From Eledone cirrhosa (taxonomy: Eukaryota): DNA of 64,000 bases. Made by a program: the position numbers and the translations under genes. Where the stretch lies: contig OZ024744.1 in NCBI GenBank assembly GCA_964016885.1, positions 22,382,001 through 22,446,000 of the forward strand, in the 5' to 3' direction. This document shows positions 10,801 through 24,110 of this stretch, in pieces. How positions within the stretch are numbered: position 1 is the first letter of the stretch; each line of letters starts with the position of its first letter. The notes beneath the pieces are model-generated. The model saw nothing but the letters and a program-made list of their open reading frames with translations. It had not been told where the DNA came from and made no database searches.

Positions 10801-13170
10801 GTGAGATGTTGTCGTGGTGGTCAGTTACGTTGACATAGATAACATAGGTGGGATGTTGTCGTGGTGGTCAGTTAGGTTGACATAGATAACAGGTTGGATA
10901 TTGTCGTGGTAGTCAGTTAGGTTGACATAGATAACATAGAGTGAGATGTTGTCGTGGTGGTCAGTTAGCTTGACATAGATAACATAGAGTGAGATGTTGT
11001 CGTGGTGGTCAGTTAGGTTGACATAGATAACATAGAGTGAGATGTTGTCGTGGTGGTCAGTTAGGTTGACATAGATAACATGGAGTGAGATGTTGTCGTG
11101 GTGGTCAGTTAGGTTGACATAGATAACATAGGGTGAGATGTTGTCGTGGTGGTCAGTTAGGTTGACATAGATAACATAGGGTGAGATGTCGTCGTGGTGG
11201 TCAGTTAGGTTGACATAGATAACATAGGTGGTATGTTGTCATGGTCAGTTATGTTGACATAGATAACATAGGTGGGATGTTGTCCTGGTGGTCAGTTAGG
11301 TTGACATAGATAACATAGAGTGAGATGTTGTCGTGGTGGTCAGTTAGGTTGATATACATAACATAGAGTGAGATGTTGTCGTGGTGGTCAGTTAGGTTGA
11401 CATAGATAACATAGGTGGGATCTTGTCGTGGTCAGTTAGATTGACATAGATAACATAGGTGGGATGTTGTCGTGGTCAGTTAGGTTGACATAGATAACAT
11501 TGAGTGAGATGTTGTCGTCGTGGTCAGTTAGGTTGACATAGATAACATAGGTGGGATGTTGTCGTGGTGGTCAGTTAGTTTGACATAGAGAACATAGGTG
11601 AGATGTTGTCGTGGTGGTCAGTTAGGTTGACATAGATAACATAGAGTGAGATGTTGTCGTGGTGGTCAGTTAGGTTGACATAGATAACATAGAGTGAGAT
11701 GTTGTCGTGGTGGTCAGTTAGGTTGACATAGATAACATAGAGTGAGATGTTGTCGTGGTGGTCTTTTAGGTTGACATTGATAACATAGGTGGGATGTTGT
11801 TGTGGTGGTCAGTTAGGTTGACATAGATAACATAGGTGGGATGTTGTCGTGGTGGTCAGTTACGTTGACATAGATAACATAGAGTGATATGTTGTCGTGG
11901 TGGTCAGTTAGGTTGACATAGATAACAGAGTGATATGTTGTCGTGGTGGTCAGTTAGGTTGACATAGATAATATTGGTGGGATGTTGTCGTGGTCAGTTA
12001 GGTTGACAGATAATATTGGTGGGATGTTGTCGTGGTCAGTTAGGTTGACATAGATAACATAGAGTGAGATGTTGTCGTGGTGGACAGTTCGGTTGACATA
12101 GATAACATAGAGTGAGATGTTGTCGTGGTGGTCAGTTAGGTTGACATAGATAACATAGAGTGAGATGTTGTCGTGGTGGTCAGTTAGGTTGACATAGATA
12201 ACATAGAGTGAGATGTTGTCGTGGTCAGTTAGGTTGACATAGATAACATAGGTGGGATGTTGTCGTGGTCAGTTAGGTTGACATAGATAACATAGGTGGG
12301 ATGTTGTCGTGGTGGTCAGTTAGGTTGACATAGATTACATAGGTGGGATGTTGACATGGTCAGTTAGGTTGACATAGATAACATAGAGTGAGATGTTGTC
12401 GTGGTGGTCAGTTAGGTTGGCATAGATACCATAGAGTGAGATGTTGTCGTGGTGGTCAGTTAGGTTGACATAGATAACATAGAGTGAGATGATGTCGTGG
12501 TGGTCAGTTAGGTTGACATAGATAACATAGGTGGGATGTTGTCCTGGTGGTCAGTTAGGTTGACATACATAACATAGAGTGAGATGTTGTCGTGGTGGTC
12601 AGTTAGGTTGACATAGATAACATATTTGAGATGTTGTCGCGGTCGGTTAGGTTGACATAGATAACATAGAGTGAGATGTTGTCGTGGTGGTCAGTTAGGT
12701 TGACATAGATAACATAGGTGGGATGTTGTCGTGGTCAGTTAGATTGACATAGATAACATAGGTGGGATGTTGTCGTGGTCAGTTAGGTTGATATAGATAA
12801 CATTGAGTGAGATGTTGTCGTCGTGGTCAGTTAGGTTGACATAGATAATATAGAGTGAGATGTTGTCGTGGTCAGTTAGATTGACATATATAACATAGAG
12901 TGAGATGTTGTCGTGGTGGTCAGTTAGGTTGACATAGATAACATAGGTGGGATGTTGTCGTGGTGGTCAGTTAGTTTGACATAGAGAACATAGGTGAGAT
13001 GTTGTCGTGGTGGTCAGTTAGGTTGACATAGATAACATAGAGTGAGATGTTGTCGTGGTGGTCAGTTAGGTTGACATAGATAACATAGAGTGAGATGTTG
13101 TCGTGGTGGTCAGTTAGGTTGACATCGATAACATAGGTGGGATGTTGTCGTGGTGGTCAGTTAGGTTGAC
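7450..13170 (+). repeat. Dispersed block duplication, offset 4,178 bp (~7,450-8,980 repeated at ~11,630-13,170)
   Basis: TGGACAGTTCGG 7906/12084 and GCGGTCGG 8462/12640, with the intervening markers in the same order. Confidence 0.8.
9200..11660 (+). repeat. Tandem higher-order duplication, unit 1,225 bp
   Basis: GTGGAATG 9246/10471 and the rare GGATCTTG variant at 10197/11422. Confidence 0.85.
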
Positions 13171-16100
13171 ATAGATAACATAGAGTGAGATGTTGTCGTG
13201 GTGGTCTTTTAGGTTGACATTGATAACATAGGTGGAATGTTGTCGTGGTGGTCAGTTAGGTTGATATAGATAACATAGAGTGAGATGTTGTCGTGGTGGT
13301 CAGTTACGTTGACATAGATAACATAGGTGGGATGTTGTCGTGGTGGTCAGTTAGGTTGACATAGTCAACATAGGTTGGATATTGTCGTGGTAGTCAGTTA
13401 GGTTGACATAGATAACATAGAGTGAGATGTTGTCGTGGTGGTCAGTTAGCTTGACATAGATAACATAGAGTGAGACGTTGTCGTGGTGGTCAGTTAGGTT
13501 GACATAGATAACATAGAGTGAGATGTTGTCGTGGTGGTCAGTTAGGTTGACATAGATAACATGGAGTGAGATGTTGTCGTGGTGGTCAGTTAGGTTGACA
13601 TAGATAACATAGGGTGAGATGTTGTCGTGGTGGTCAATTAGGTTGACATAGATATCATAGGTGGGATGTTGTCGTGGTGGTCAGTTAGTTTGACATAGAT
13701 AACATAGAGTGAGATGTTGTCGTGGTGGTCAGTTAGGTTGACATAGATAACATAGGTGGGATGTTGTCGTGGTGGTCAGTTAGGTTGACATAGATAACAT
13801 AGCTGGGATGTTGTCGTGGTCAGTTAGGTTGACATAGATAACATAGGTGGGATGTTGTCGTGGTGGTCAGTTAGGTTGACATAGATAACATAGGTGGGGT
13901 GTTGTCGTGGTGGTCAGTTAGGTTGACATAGATAACATAGAGTGAGATGTTGTCGTGGTGGTCAGTTAGGTTGACATAGATAACATAGGTGGGATGTTGT
14001 CGTGGTCAGTTAGGTTGACAAAGATAACATAGGTGGGATGTTGTCGTGGTGGTCAGTTAGGTTGACATAGATAACATAGAGTGGGATGTTGTCGTGGTGG
14101 TCAGTTAGGTTGACATAGATAACATAGGTGGGATGTTGTCGTGGTCAGTTAGGTTGACTTAGATAACATAGAGTGAGATGTTGTCGTGGTGGTCAGTTAG
14201 GTTGACATAGATAACATAGAGTGAGATGTTGTCGTGGTGGTCAGTTAGGTTGACATAGATAACATAGAGTCAGATGTTGTCGTGGTGTTCAGTTAGGTTG
14301 ACATAGATAACATAGAGTGAGATGTTGTCGTGGTGGTCAGTTAGGTTGACATAGATAACATAGAGCGGGATGTTGTCGTGGTGGTCAGTTAGGTTGACAT
14401 ATATAACATAGGTGGGGTGTTGTCGTGGTCAGTTAGGTTGTCATAGATAACATAGGTGGGATGTTGTCGTCGTGGTCAGTTAAGTTGACATATATAACAT
14501 AGAGTGAGATGTTGTCGTGGTGGTCAGTTAGGTTGACATAGATATCATAGGTGGGATGTTGTCGTGGTGGTCATTTAGTTTGACATAGATAACATAGAGT
14601 GAGATGTTGTCGTGGTGGTCAGTTAGGTTGACATAGATAACATAGGTGGGATGTTGTCGTGGTGGTCAGTTAGGTTGACATAGATAACATAGCTGGGATG
14701 TTGTCGTGGTCAGTTAGGTTGACATAGATAACATAGGTGGGATGTTGTCGTGGTGGTCAGTTAGGTTGACATAGATAACATAGGTGGGATGTTTTCGTGG
14801 TGGTCAGTTAGGTTGACATAGATAACATAGAGTGAGATGTTGTCGTGGTGGTAAGTTAGGTTGACATAGATAACATAGAGTGAGATGTTGTCGTGGTGTT
14901 CAGTTAGGTTGACATAGATAACATAGAGTGAGATGTTGTCGTGGTGGTCAGTTAGGTTGACATAGATAACATAGAGTGAGATGTTGTCGTGGTGGTCAGT
15001 TAGGTTGACATAGATAACATAGGTGGGATGTTGTCGTGGTGGTCAGTTAGGTTGACATAGATAAAATAGCTGGGATGTTGTCGTGGTCAGTTAGGTTGAC
15101 ATAGATAACATAGGTGGGATGTTGTCGTGGTGGTCAGTTAGGTTGACATAGATAACATAGGTGGGGTGTTGTCGTGGTGGTCAGTTAGGTTGACATAGAT
15201 AACATAGAGTGAGATGTTGTCGTGGTGGTCAGTTAGGTTGACATAGATAACATAGGTGGGATGTTGTCGTGGTGGTCAATTAGGTTGACATAGATAACAT
15301 AGGTGTGATGTTGTCGTGGTCAGTTAGGTTGACATAGATAACATTGGTGGGATGTTGTCGTGGTGGTCAGTTAGGTTGACATAGATAACATAGAGTGAGA
15401 TGGTGTCGTGGTGGTCAGTTAGGTTGACATAGATAACATAGGTGGGATGTTGTCGTGGTGGTCAGTTAGGTTGACATAGATAACATAGGTGGGATGTTGT
15501 CGTGGTCAGTTAGGTTGACAAAGATAACATAGGTGGGATATTGTCGTGGTGGTCAGTTAGGTTGACATAGGTAACATAGAGTGGGATGTTGTCGTGGTGG
15601 TCAGTTAGGTTGACATAGATAACATAGGTGGGATGTTGTCGTGGTCAGTTAGGTTGACTTAGATAACATAGAGTGAGATGTTGTCGTGGTGGTCAGTTAG
15701 GTTGACATAGATAACATAGAGTGAGATGTTGTCGTGGTGGTCAGTTAGGTTGACATAGATAACATAGAGTCAGATGTTGTCGTGGTGTTCAGTTAGGTTG
15801 ACATAGATAACATAGAGTGAGATGTTGTCGTGGTGGTCAGTTAGGTTGACATAGATAACATAGAGCGGGATGTTGTCGTGGTGGTCAGTTAGGTTGACAT
15901 ATATAACATAGGTGGGGTGTTGTCGTGGTGGTCAGTTAGGTTGACATAGATATCATAGAGTGAGATGATTTCGTGGTGGTTAGTTAGGTTGACATAGATA
16001 AAATAGGTGGGATGTTGTCGTGGTGGTCAGTTAGGTTGACATTGATAACATAGGTGGGATGTTGTCGTGGTCAGTTAGCTTGACATAGATAACATAGAGT

Positions 16101-19100
16101 GAGATGTTGTCGTGGTGGTCAGTTAGGTTGACATAGATAACATAGAGTGATATGTTGTCGTGGTGTTCAGTTAGGTTGACATAGATAACATAGAGTGAGA
16201 TGTTGTCGTGGTGGTCAGTTAGGTTGACATAGATAACATAGGTGGGATGTTGTCGTGGTCAGTTAGGTTGTCATAGATAACATAGGTGGGATGTTGTCGT
16301 CGTGGTCAGTTACGTTGACATATATAACATAGAGTGAGATGTTGTCGTGGTGGTCAATTAGGTTGACATAGATATCATAGGTGGGATGTTGTCGTGGTGG
16401 TCAGTTAGTTTGACATAGATAACATAGAGTGAGATGTTGTCGTGGTGGTCAGTTAGGTTGACATAGATAACATAGGTGGGATGTTGTCGTGGTGGTCAGT
16501 TAGGTTGACATAGATAACATAGCTGGGATGTTGTCGTGGTCAGTTAGGTTGACATAGATAACATAGGTGGGATGTTGTCGTGGTGGTCAGTTAGGTTGAC
16601 ATAGATAACATAGGTGGGGTGTTGTCGTGGTGGTCAGTTAGGTTGACATAGATAACATAGAGTGAGATGTTGTCGTGGTGGTCAGTTAGGTTGACATAGA
16701 TAACATAGGTGGGATGTTGTCGTGGTGGTCAATTAGGTTGACATAGATAACATAGGTGTGATGTTGTCGTGGTCAGTTAGGTTGACATAGATAACATTGG
16801 TGGGATGTTGTCGTGGTGGTCAGTTAGGTTGACATAGATAACATAGAGTGAGATGTTGTCGTGGTGGTCAGTTAGGTTGACATAGATAACATAGGTGGGA
16901 TGTTGTCGTGGTGGTCAGTTAGGTTGACATAGATAACATAGGTGGGATGTTGTCGTGGTCAGTTAGGTTGACAAAGATAACATAGGTGGGATGTTGTCGT
17001 GGTGGTCAGTTAGGTTGACATAGATAACATAGAGTGGGATGTTGTCGTGGTGGTCAGTTAGGTTGACATAGATAACATAGGTGGGATGTTGTCGTGGTCA
17101 GTTAGGTTGACTTAGATAACATAGAGTGAGATGTTGTCGTGGTGGTCAGTTAGGTTGACATAGATAACATAGAGTGAGATGTTGTCGTGGTGGTCAGTTA
17201 GGTTGACATAGATAACATAGAGTCAGATGTTGTCGTGGTGTTCAGTTAGGTTGACATAGATAACATAGAGTGAGATGTTGTCGTGGTGGTCAGTTAGGTT
17301 GACATAGATAACATAGAGCGGGATGTTTTCGTGGTGGTCAGTTAGGTTGACATATATAACATAGGTGGGGTGTTGTCGTGGTCAGTTAGGTTGTCATAGA
17401 TAACATAGGTGGGATGTTGTCGTCGTGGTCAGTTAAGTTGACATATATAACAGAGTGAGATGTTGTCGTGGTGGTCAGTTAGGTTGACATAGATATCATA
17501 GGTGGGATGTTGTCGTGGTGGTCATTTAGTTTGACATAGATAACATAGAGTGAGATGTTGTCGTGGTGGTCAGTTAGGTTGACATAGATAACATAGGTGG
17601 GATGTTGTCGTGGTGGTCAGTTAGGTTGACATAGATAACATAGCTGGGATGTTGTCGTGGTCAGTTAGGTTGACATAGATAACATAGGTGGGATGTTGTC
17701 GTGGTGGTCAGTTAGGTTGACATAGATAACATAGGTGGGATGTTTTCGTGGTGGTCAGTTAGGTTGACATAGATAACATAGAGTGAGATGTTGTCGTGGT
17801 GGTAAGTTAGGTTGACATAGATAACATAGAGTGAGATGTTGTCGTGGTGTTCAGTTAGGTTGACATAGATAACATAGAGTGAGGTGTTGTCGTGGTGGTC
17901 AGTTAGGTTGACATAGATAACATAGAGTGAGATGTTGTCGTGGTGGTCAGTTAGGTTGACATAGATAACATAGGTGGGATGTTGTCGTGGTGGTCAGTTA
18001 GGTTGACATAGATAACATAGGTGGGGTGATGTCGTGGTGGTCAGTTAGGTTGACATAGATAACATAGAGTGAGATGTTGTCGTGGTGGTCAGTTAGGTTG
18101 ACATAGATAACATAGGTGGGATGTTGTCGTGGTGGTCAATTAGGTTGACATAGATAACATAGGTGTGATGTTGTCGTGGTCAGTTAGGTTGACATAGATA
18201 ACATTGGTGGGATGTTGTCGTGGTGGTCAGTTAGGTTGACATAGATAACATAGAGTGAGATGTTGTCGTGGTGGTCAGTTAGGTTGACATAGATAACATA
18301 GGTGGGATGTTGTCGTGGTGGTCAGTTAGGTTGACATAGATAACATAGGTGGGATGTTGTCGTGGTCAGTTAGGTTGACAAAGATAACATAGGTGGGATG
18401 TTGTCGTGGTGGTCAGTTAGGTTGACATAGATAACATAGAGTGGGATGTTGTCGTGGTGGTCAGTTAGGTTGACATAGATAACATAGGTGGGATGTTGTC
18501 GTGGTCAGTTAGGTTGACTTAGATAACATAGAGTGAGATGTTGTCGTGGTGGTCAGTTAGGTTGACATAGATAACATAGAGTGAGATGTTGTCGTGGTGG
18601 TCAGTTAGGTTGACATAGATAACATAGAGTCAGATGTTGTCGTGGTGTTCAGTTAGGTTGACATAGATAACATAGAGTGAGATGTTGTCGTGGTGGTCAG
18701 TTAGGTTGACATAGATAACATAGAGCGGGATGTTGTCGTGGTGGTCAGTTAGGTTGACATATATAACATAGGTGGGGTGTTGTCGTGGTCAGTTAGGTTG
18801 TCATAGATAACATAGGTGGGATGTTGTCGTCGTGGTCAGTTAAGTTGACATATATAACATAGAGTGAGATGTTGTCGTGGTGGTCAGTTAGGTTGACATA
18901 GATATCATAGGTGGGATGTTGTCGTGATGGTCATTTAGTTTGACATAGATAACATAGAGTGAGATGTTGTCGTGGTGGTCAGTTAGGTTGACATAGATAA
19001 CATAGGTGGGATGTTGTCGTGGTGGTCAGTTAGGTTGACATAGATAACATAGCTGGGATGTTGTCGTGGTCAGTTAGGTTGACATAGATAACATAGGTGG

Positions 19101-19689
19101 GATGTTGTCGTGGTGGTCAGTTAGGTTGACATAGATAACATAGGTGGGATGTTGTCGTGGTGGTCAGTTAGGTTGACATAGATAACATAGAGTGAGATGT
19201 TGTCGTGGTGGTAAGTTAGGTTGACATAGATAACATAGAGTGAGATGTTGTCGTGGTGTTCAGTTAGGTTGACATAGATGACATAGAGTGAGATGTTGTC
19301 GTGGTGGTCAGTTAGGTTGACATAGATAACATAGAGTGAGATGTTGTCGTGGTGGTCAGTTAGGTTGACATAGATAACATAGGTGGGATGTTGTCGTGGT
19401 GGTCAGTTAGGTTGACATAGATAACCTAGAGCGGGATATTGTTGTGGTGGTCAGTTAGCTTGACATAGATAACATAGGTGGGATGTTGTCGTCGTGGTCA
19501 GTTAGGTTGACATAGATAACATAGAGTGAGATGTTGTCGTGGTGGTCAGTTAGGTTGACATAGATAATATAGGTGGGATGTTGTCGTGGTGGTCAGTTAG
19601 GTTGACATAGATAACATAGGTGGGATGTTGTCGTCGTGGTCAGTTAGGTTGACATAGATAACATAGAGTGAGATGTTGTCGTGGTGGTC

Positions 19690-22600
19690 AGTTAGGTTGA
19701 CATAGATAACATAGAGTCAGATGTTGTCGTGGTGTTCAGTTAGGTTGACATAGATAACATAGAGTGAGATGTTGTCGTGGTGGTCAGTTAGGTTGACATA
19801 GATAACATAGAGCGGGATGTTGTCGTGGTGGTCAGTTAGGTTGACATATATAACATAGGTGGGGTGTTGTCGTGGTCAGTTAGGTTGTCATAGATAACAT
19901 AGGTGGGATGTTGTCGTCGTGGTCAGTTAAGTTGACATATATAACATAGAGTGAGATGTTGTCGTGGTGGTCAGTTAGGTTGACATAGATATCATAGGTG
20001 GGATGTTGTCGTGGTGGTCAGTTAGTTTGACATAGATAACATAGAGTGAGATGTTGTCGTGGTGGTCAGTTAGGTTGACATAGATAACATAGGTGGGATG
20101 TTGTCGTGGTGGTCAGTTAGGTTGACATAGATAACATAGTTGGATGTTGTCGTGGTCAGTTAGGTTGACATAGATAACATAGGTGGGATGTTGTCGTGGT
20201 GGTCAGTTAGGTTGACATAGATAACATAGGTGGGATGTTGTCGTGGTGGTCAGTTAGGTTGACATAGATAACATAGAGTGAGATGTTGTCGTGGTGGTAA
20301 GTTAGGTTGACATAGATAACATAGAGTGAGATGTTGTCGTGGTGTTCAGTTAGGTTGACATAGATAATATAGAGTGAGATGTTGTCGTGGTGGTCAGTTA
20401 GGTTGACATAGATAACATAGGTGGGATGTTGTCGTGGTGGTCAGTTATGTTGACATAGATAACATAGAGCGGGATATTGTTGTGGTGGTCAGTTAGCTTG
20501 ACATAGATAACATAGGTGGGATGTTGTCGTCGTGGTCAGTTAGTTTGACATAGATAACATAGAGTGAGATGTTGTCGTGGTGGTCAGTTAGGTTGACATA
20601 GATAACATAGGTGGGATGTTGTCGTGGTGGTCAGTTAGGTTGACATAGATAACATAGGTGGGATGTTGTCGTGGTCAGTTAGGTTGACATAGATAACATA
20701 GGTGGGATGTTGTCGTGGTGGTCAGTTAGGTTGACATAGATAACATAGGTGGGGTGTTGTCGTGGTGGTCAGTTAGGTTGACATAGATAACATAGAGTGA
20801 GATGTTGTCGTGGTGGTCAGTTAGGTTGACATAGATAACATAGGTGGGATGTTGTCGTGGTGGTCAATTAGGTTGACATAGATAACATAGGTGTGATGTT
20901 GTCGTGGTCAGTTAGGTTGACATAGATAACATTGGTGGGATGTTGTCGTGGTGGTCAGTTAGGTTGACATAGATAACATAGAGTGAGATGTTGTCGTGGT
21001 GGTCAGTTAGGTTGACATAGATAACATAGGTGGGATGTTGTCGTGGTGGTCAGTTAGGTTGACATAGATAACATAGGTGGGATGTTGTCGTGGTCAGTTA
21101 GGTTGACAAAGATAACATAGGTGGGATGTTGTCGTGGTGGCCAGTTAGGTTGACATAGATAACATAGAGTGGGATGCTGTCGTGGTGGTCAGTTAGGTTG
21201 ACATAGATAACATAGGTGGGATGTTGTCGTGGTCAGTTAGGTTGACTTAGATAACATAGAGTGAGATGTTGTCGTGGTGGTCAGTTAGGTTGACATAGAT
21301 AACATAGAGTGAGATGTTGTCGTGGTGGTCAGTTAGGTTGACATAGATAACATAGAGACAGATGTTGTCGTGGTGTTCAGTTAGGTTGACATAGATAACA
21401 TAGAGTGAGATGTTGTCGTGGTGGTCAGTTAGGTTGACATAGATAACATAGAGCGGGATGTTGTCGTGGTGGTCAGTTAGGTTGACATATATAACATAGG
21501 TGGGGTGTTGTCGTGGTCAGTTAGGTTGTCATAGATAACATAGGTGGGATGTTGTCGTCGTGGTCAGTTAAGTTGACATATATAACATAGAGTGAGATGT
21601 TGTCGTGGTGGTCAGTTAGGTTGACATAGATATCATAGGTGGGATGTTGTCGTGGTGGTCAGTTAGTTTGACATAGATAACATAGAGTGAGATGTTGTCG
21701 TGGTGGTCAGTTAGGTTGACATAGATAACATAGGTGGGATGTTGTCGTGGTGGTCAGTTATTTTGACATAGATAACATAGCTCGGATGTTGTCGTGGTCA
21801 GTTAGGTTGACATAGATAACATAGGTGGGATGTTGTCGTGGTGGTCAGTTAGGTTGACTTAGATAACATAGGTGGGATGTTGTCGTGGTGGTCAGTTAGG
21901 TTGACATAGATAACATAGAGTCAGATGTTGTCGTGGTGTTCAGTTAGGTTGACATAGATAACATAGAGTGAGATGTTGTCGTGGTGGTCAGTTAGGTTGA
22001 CATAGATAACATAGAGCGGGATGTTGTCGTGGTGGTCAGTTAGGTTGACATATATAACATAGGTGGGGTGTTGTCGTGGTCAGTTAGGTTGTCATAGATA
22101 ACATAGGTGGGATGTTGTCGTCGTGGTCAGTTAAGTTGACATATATAACATAGAGTGAGATGTTGTCGTGGTGGTCAGTTAGGTTGACATAGATATCATA
22201 GGTGGGATGTTGTCGTGGTGGTCAGTTAGTTTGACATAGATAACATAGAGTGAGATGTTGTCGTGGTGGTCAGTTAGGTTGACATAGATAACATAGGTGG
22301 GATGTTGTCGTGGTGGTCAGTTAGGTTGACATAGATAACATAGCTGGGATGTTGTCGTGGTCAGTTAGGTTGACATAGATAACATAGGTGGGATGTTGTC
22401 GTGGTGGTCAGTTAGGTTGACATAGATAACATAGGTGGGATGTTGTCGTGGTGGTCAGTTAGGTTGACATAGATAACATAGAGTGAGATGTTGTCGTGGT
22501 GGTAAGTTAGGTTGACATAGATAACATAGAGTGAGATGTTGTCGTGGTGTTCAGTTAGGTTGACATAGATAATATAGAGTGAGATGTTGTCGTGGTGGTC

Positions 22601-24110
22601 AGTTAGGTTGACATAGATAACATAGGTGGGATGTTGTCGTGGTGGTCAGTTATGTTGACATAGATAACATAGAGCGGGATATTGTTGTGGTGGTCAGTTA
22701 GCTTGACATAGATAACATAGGTGGGATGTTGTCGTCGTGGTCAGTTAGTTTGACATAGATAACATAGAGTGAGATGTTGTCGTGGTGGTCAGTTAGGTTG
22801 ACATAGATAACATAGGTGGGATGTTGTCGTGGTGGTCAGTTAGGTTGACATAGATAACATAGGTGGGATGTTGTCGTGGTCAGTTAGGTTGACATAGATA
22901 ACATAGGTGGGATGTTGTCGTGGTGGTCAGTTAGGTTGACATAGATAACATAGGTGGGGTGTTGTCGTGGTGGTCAGTTAGGTTGACATAGATAACATAG
23001 AGTGAGATGTTGTCGTGGTGGTCAGTTAGGTTGACATAGATAACATAGGTGGGATGTTGTCGTGGTGGTCAATTAGGTTGACATAGATAACATAGGTGTG
23101 ATGTTGTCGTGGTCAGTTAGGTTGACATAGATAACATTGGTGGGATGTTGTCGTGGTGGTCAGTTAGGTTGACATAGATAACATAGAGTGAGATGTTGTC
23201 GTGGTGGTCAGTTAGGTTGACATAGATAACATAGGTGGGATGTTGTCGTGGTGGTCAGTTAGGTTGACATAGATAACATAGGTGGGATGTTGTCGTGGTC
23301 AGTTAGGTTGACAAAGATAACATAGGTGGGATGTTGTCGTGGTGGCCAGTTAGGTTGACATAGATAACATAGAGTGGGATGCTGTCGTGGTGGTCAGTTA
23401 GGTTGACATAGATAACATAGGTGGGATGTTGTCGTGGTCAGTTAGGTTGACTTAGATAACATAGAGTGAGATGTTGTCGTGGTGGTCAGTTAGGTTGACA
23501 TAGATAACATAGAGTGAGATGTTGTCGTGGTGGTCAGTTAGGTTGACATAGATAACATAGAGACAGATGTTGTCGTGGTGTTCAGTTAGGTTGACATAGA
23601 TAACATAGAGTGAGATGTTGTCGTGGTGGTCAGTTAGGTTGACATAGATAACATAGAGCGGGATGTTGTCGTGGTGGTCAGTTAGGTTGACATATATAAC
23701 ATAGGTGGGGTGTTGTCGTGGTCAGTTAGGTTGTCATAGATAACATAGGTGGGATGTTGTCGTCGTGGTCAGTTAAGTTGACATATATAACATAGAGTGA
23801 GATGTTGTCGTGGTGGTCAGTTAGGTTGACATAGATATCATAGGTGGGATGTTGTCGTGGTGGTCAGTTAGTTTGACATAGATAACATAGAGTGAGATGT
23901 TGTCGTGGTGGTCAGTTAGGTTGACATAGATAACATAGGTGGGATGTTGTCGTGGTGGTCAGTTATTTTGACATAGATAACATAGCTCGGATGTTGTCGT
24001 GGTCAGTTAGGTTGACATAGATAACATAGGTGGGATGTTGTCGTGGTGGTCAGTTAGGTTGACTTAGATAACATAGGTGGGATGTTGTCGTGGTGGTCAG
24101 TTAGGTTGAC
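19690..24110 (+). repeat. Tandem higher-order duplication, unit 2,205 bp
   Basis: GGCCAG 21141/23346, AGAGACAG 21358/23563, TTATTTTGAC 21761/23966. Confidence 0.85.

Larger units (their letters stand above)
1..13620 (+). repeat. Satellite subfamily/domain L (left)
   Basis: Marker variants seen only here: GTCTTTTAGG, ATAATATTGG, AGAGAAC, GTTGCCATAG, CATCGATAAC, ATATTTGAG..GCGGTCGG, AGGTTGGATATT..GGTAGTC, ATGGAGTGAG, AGGGTGAG. Confidence 0.9.
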
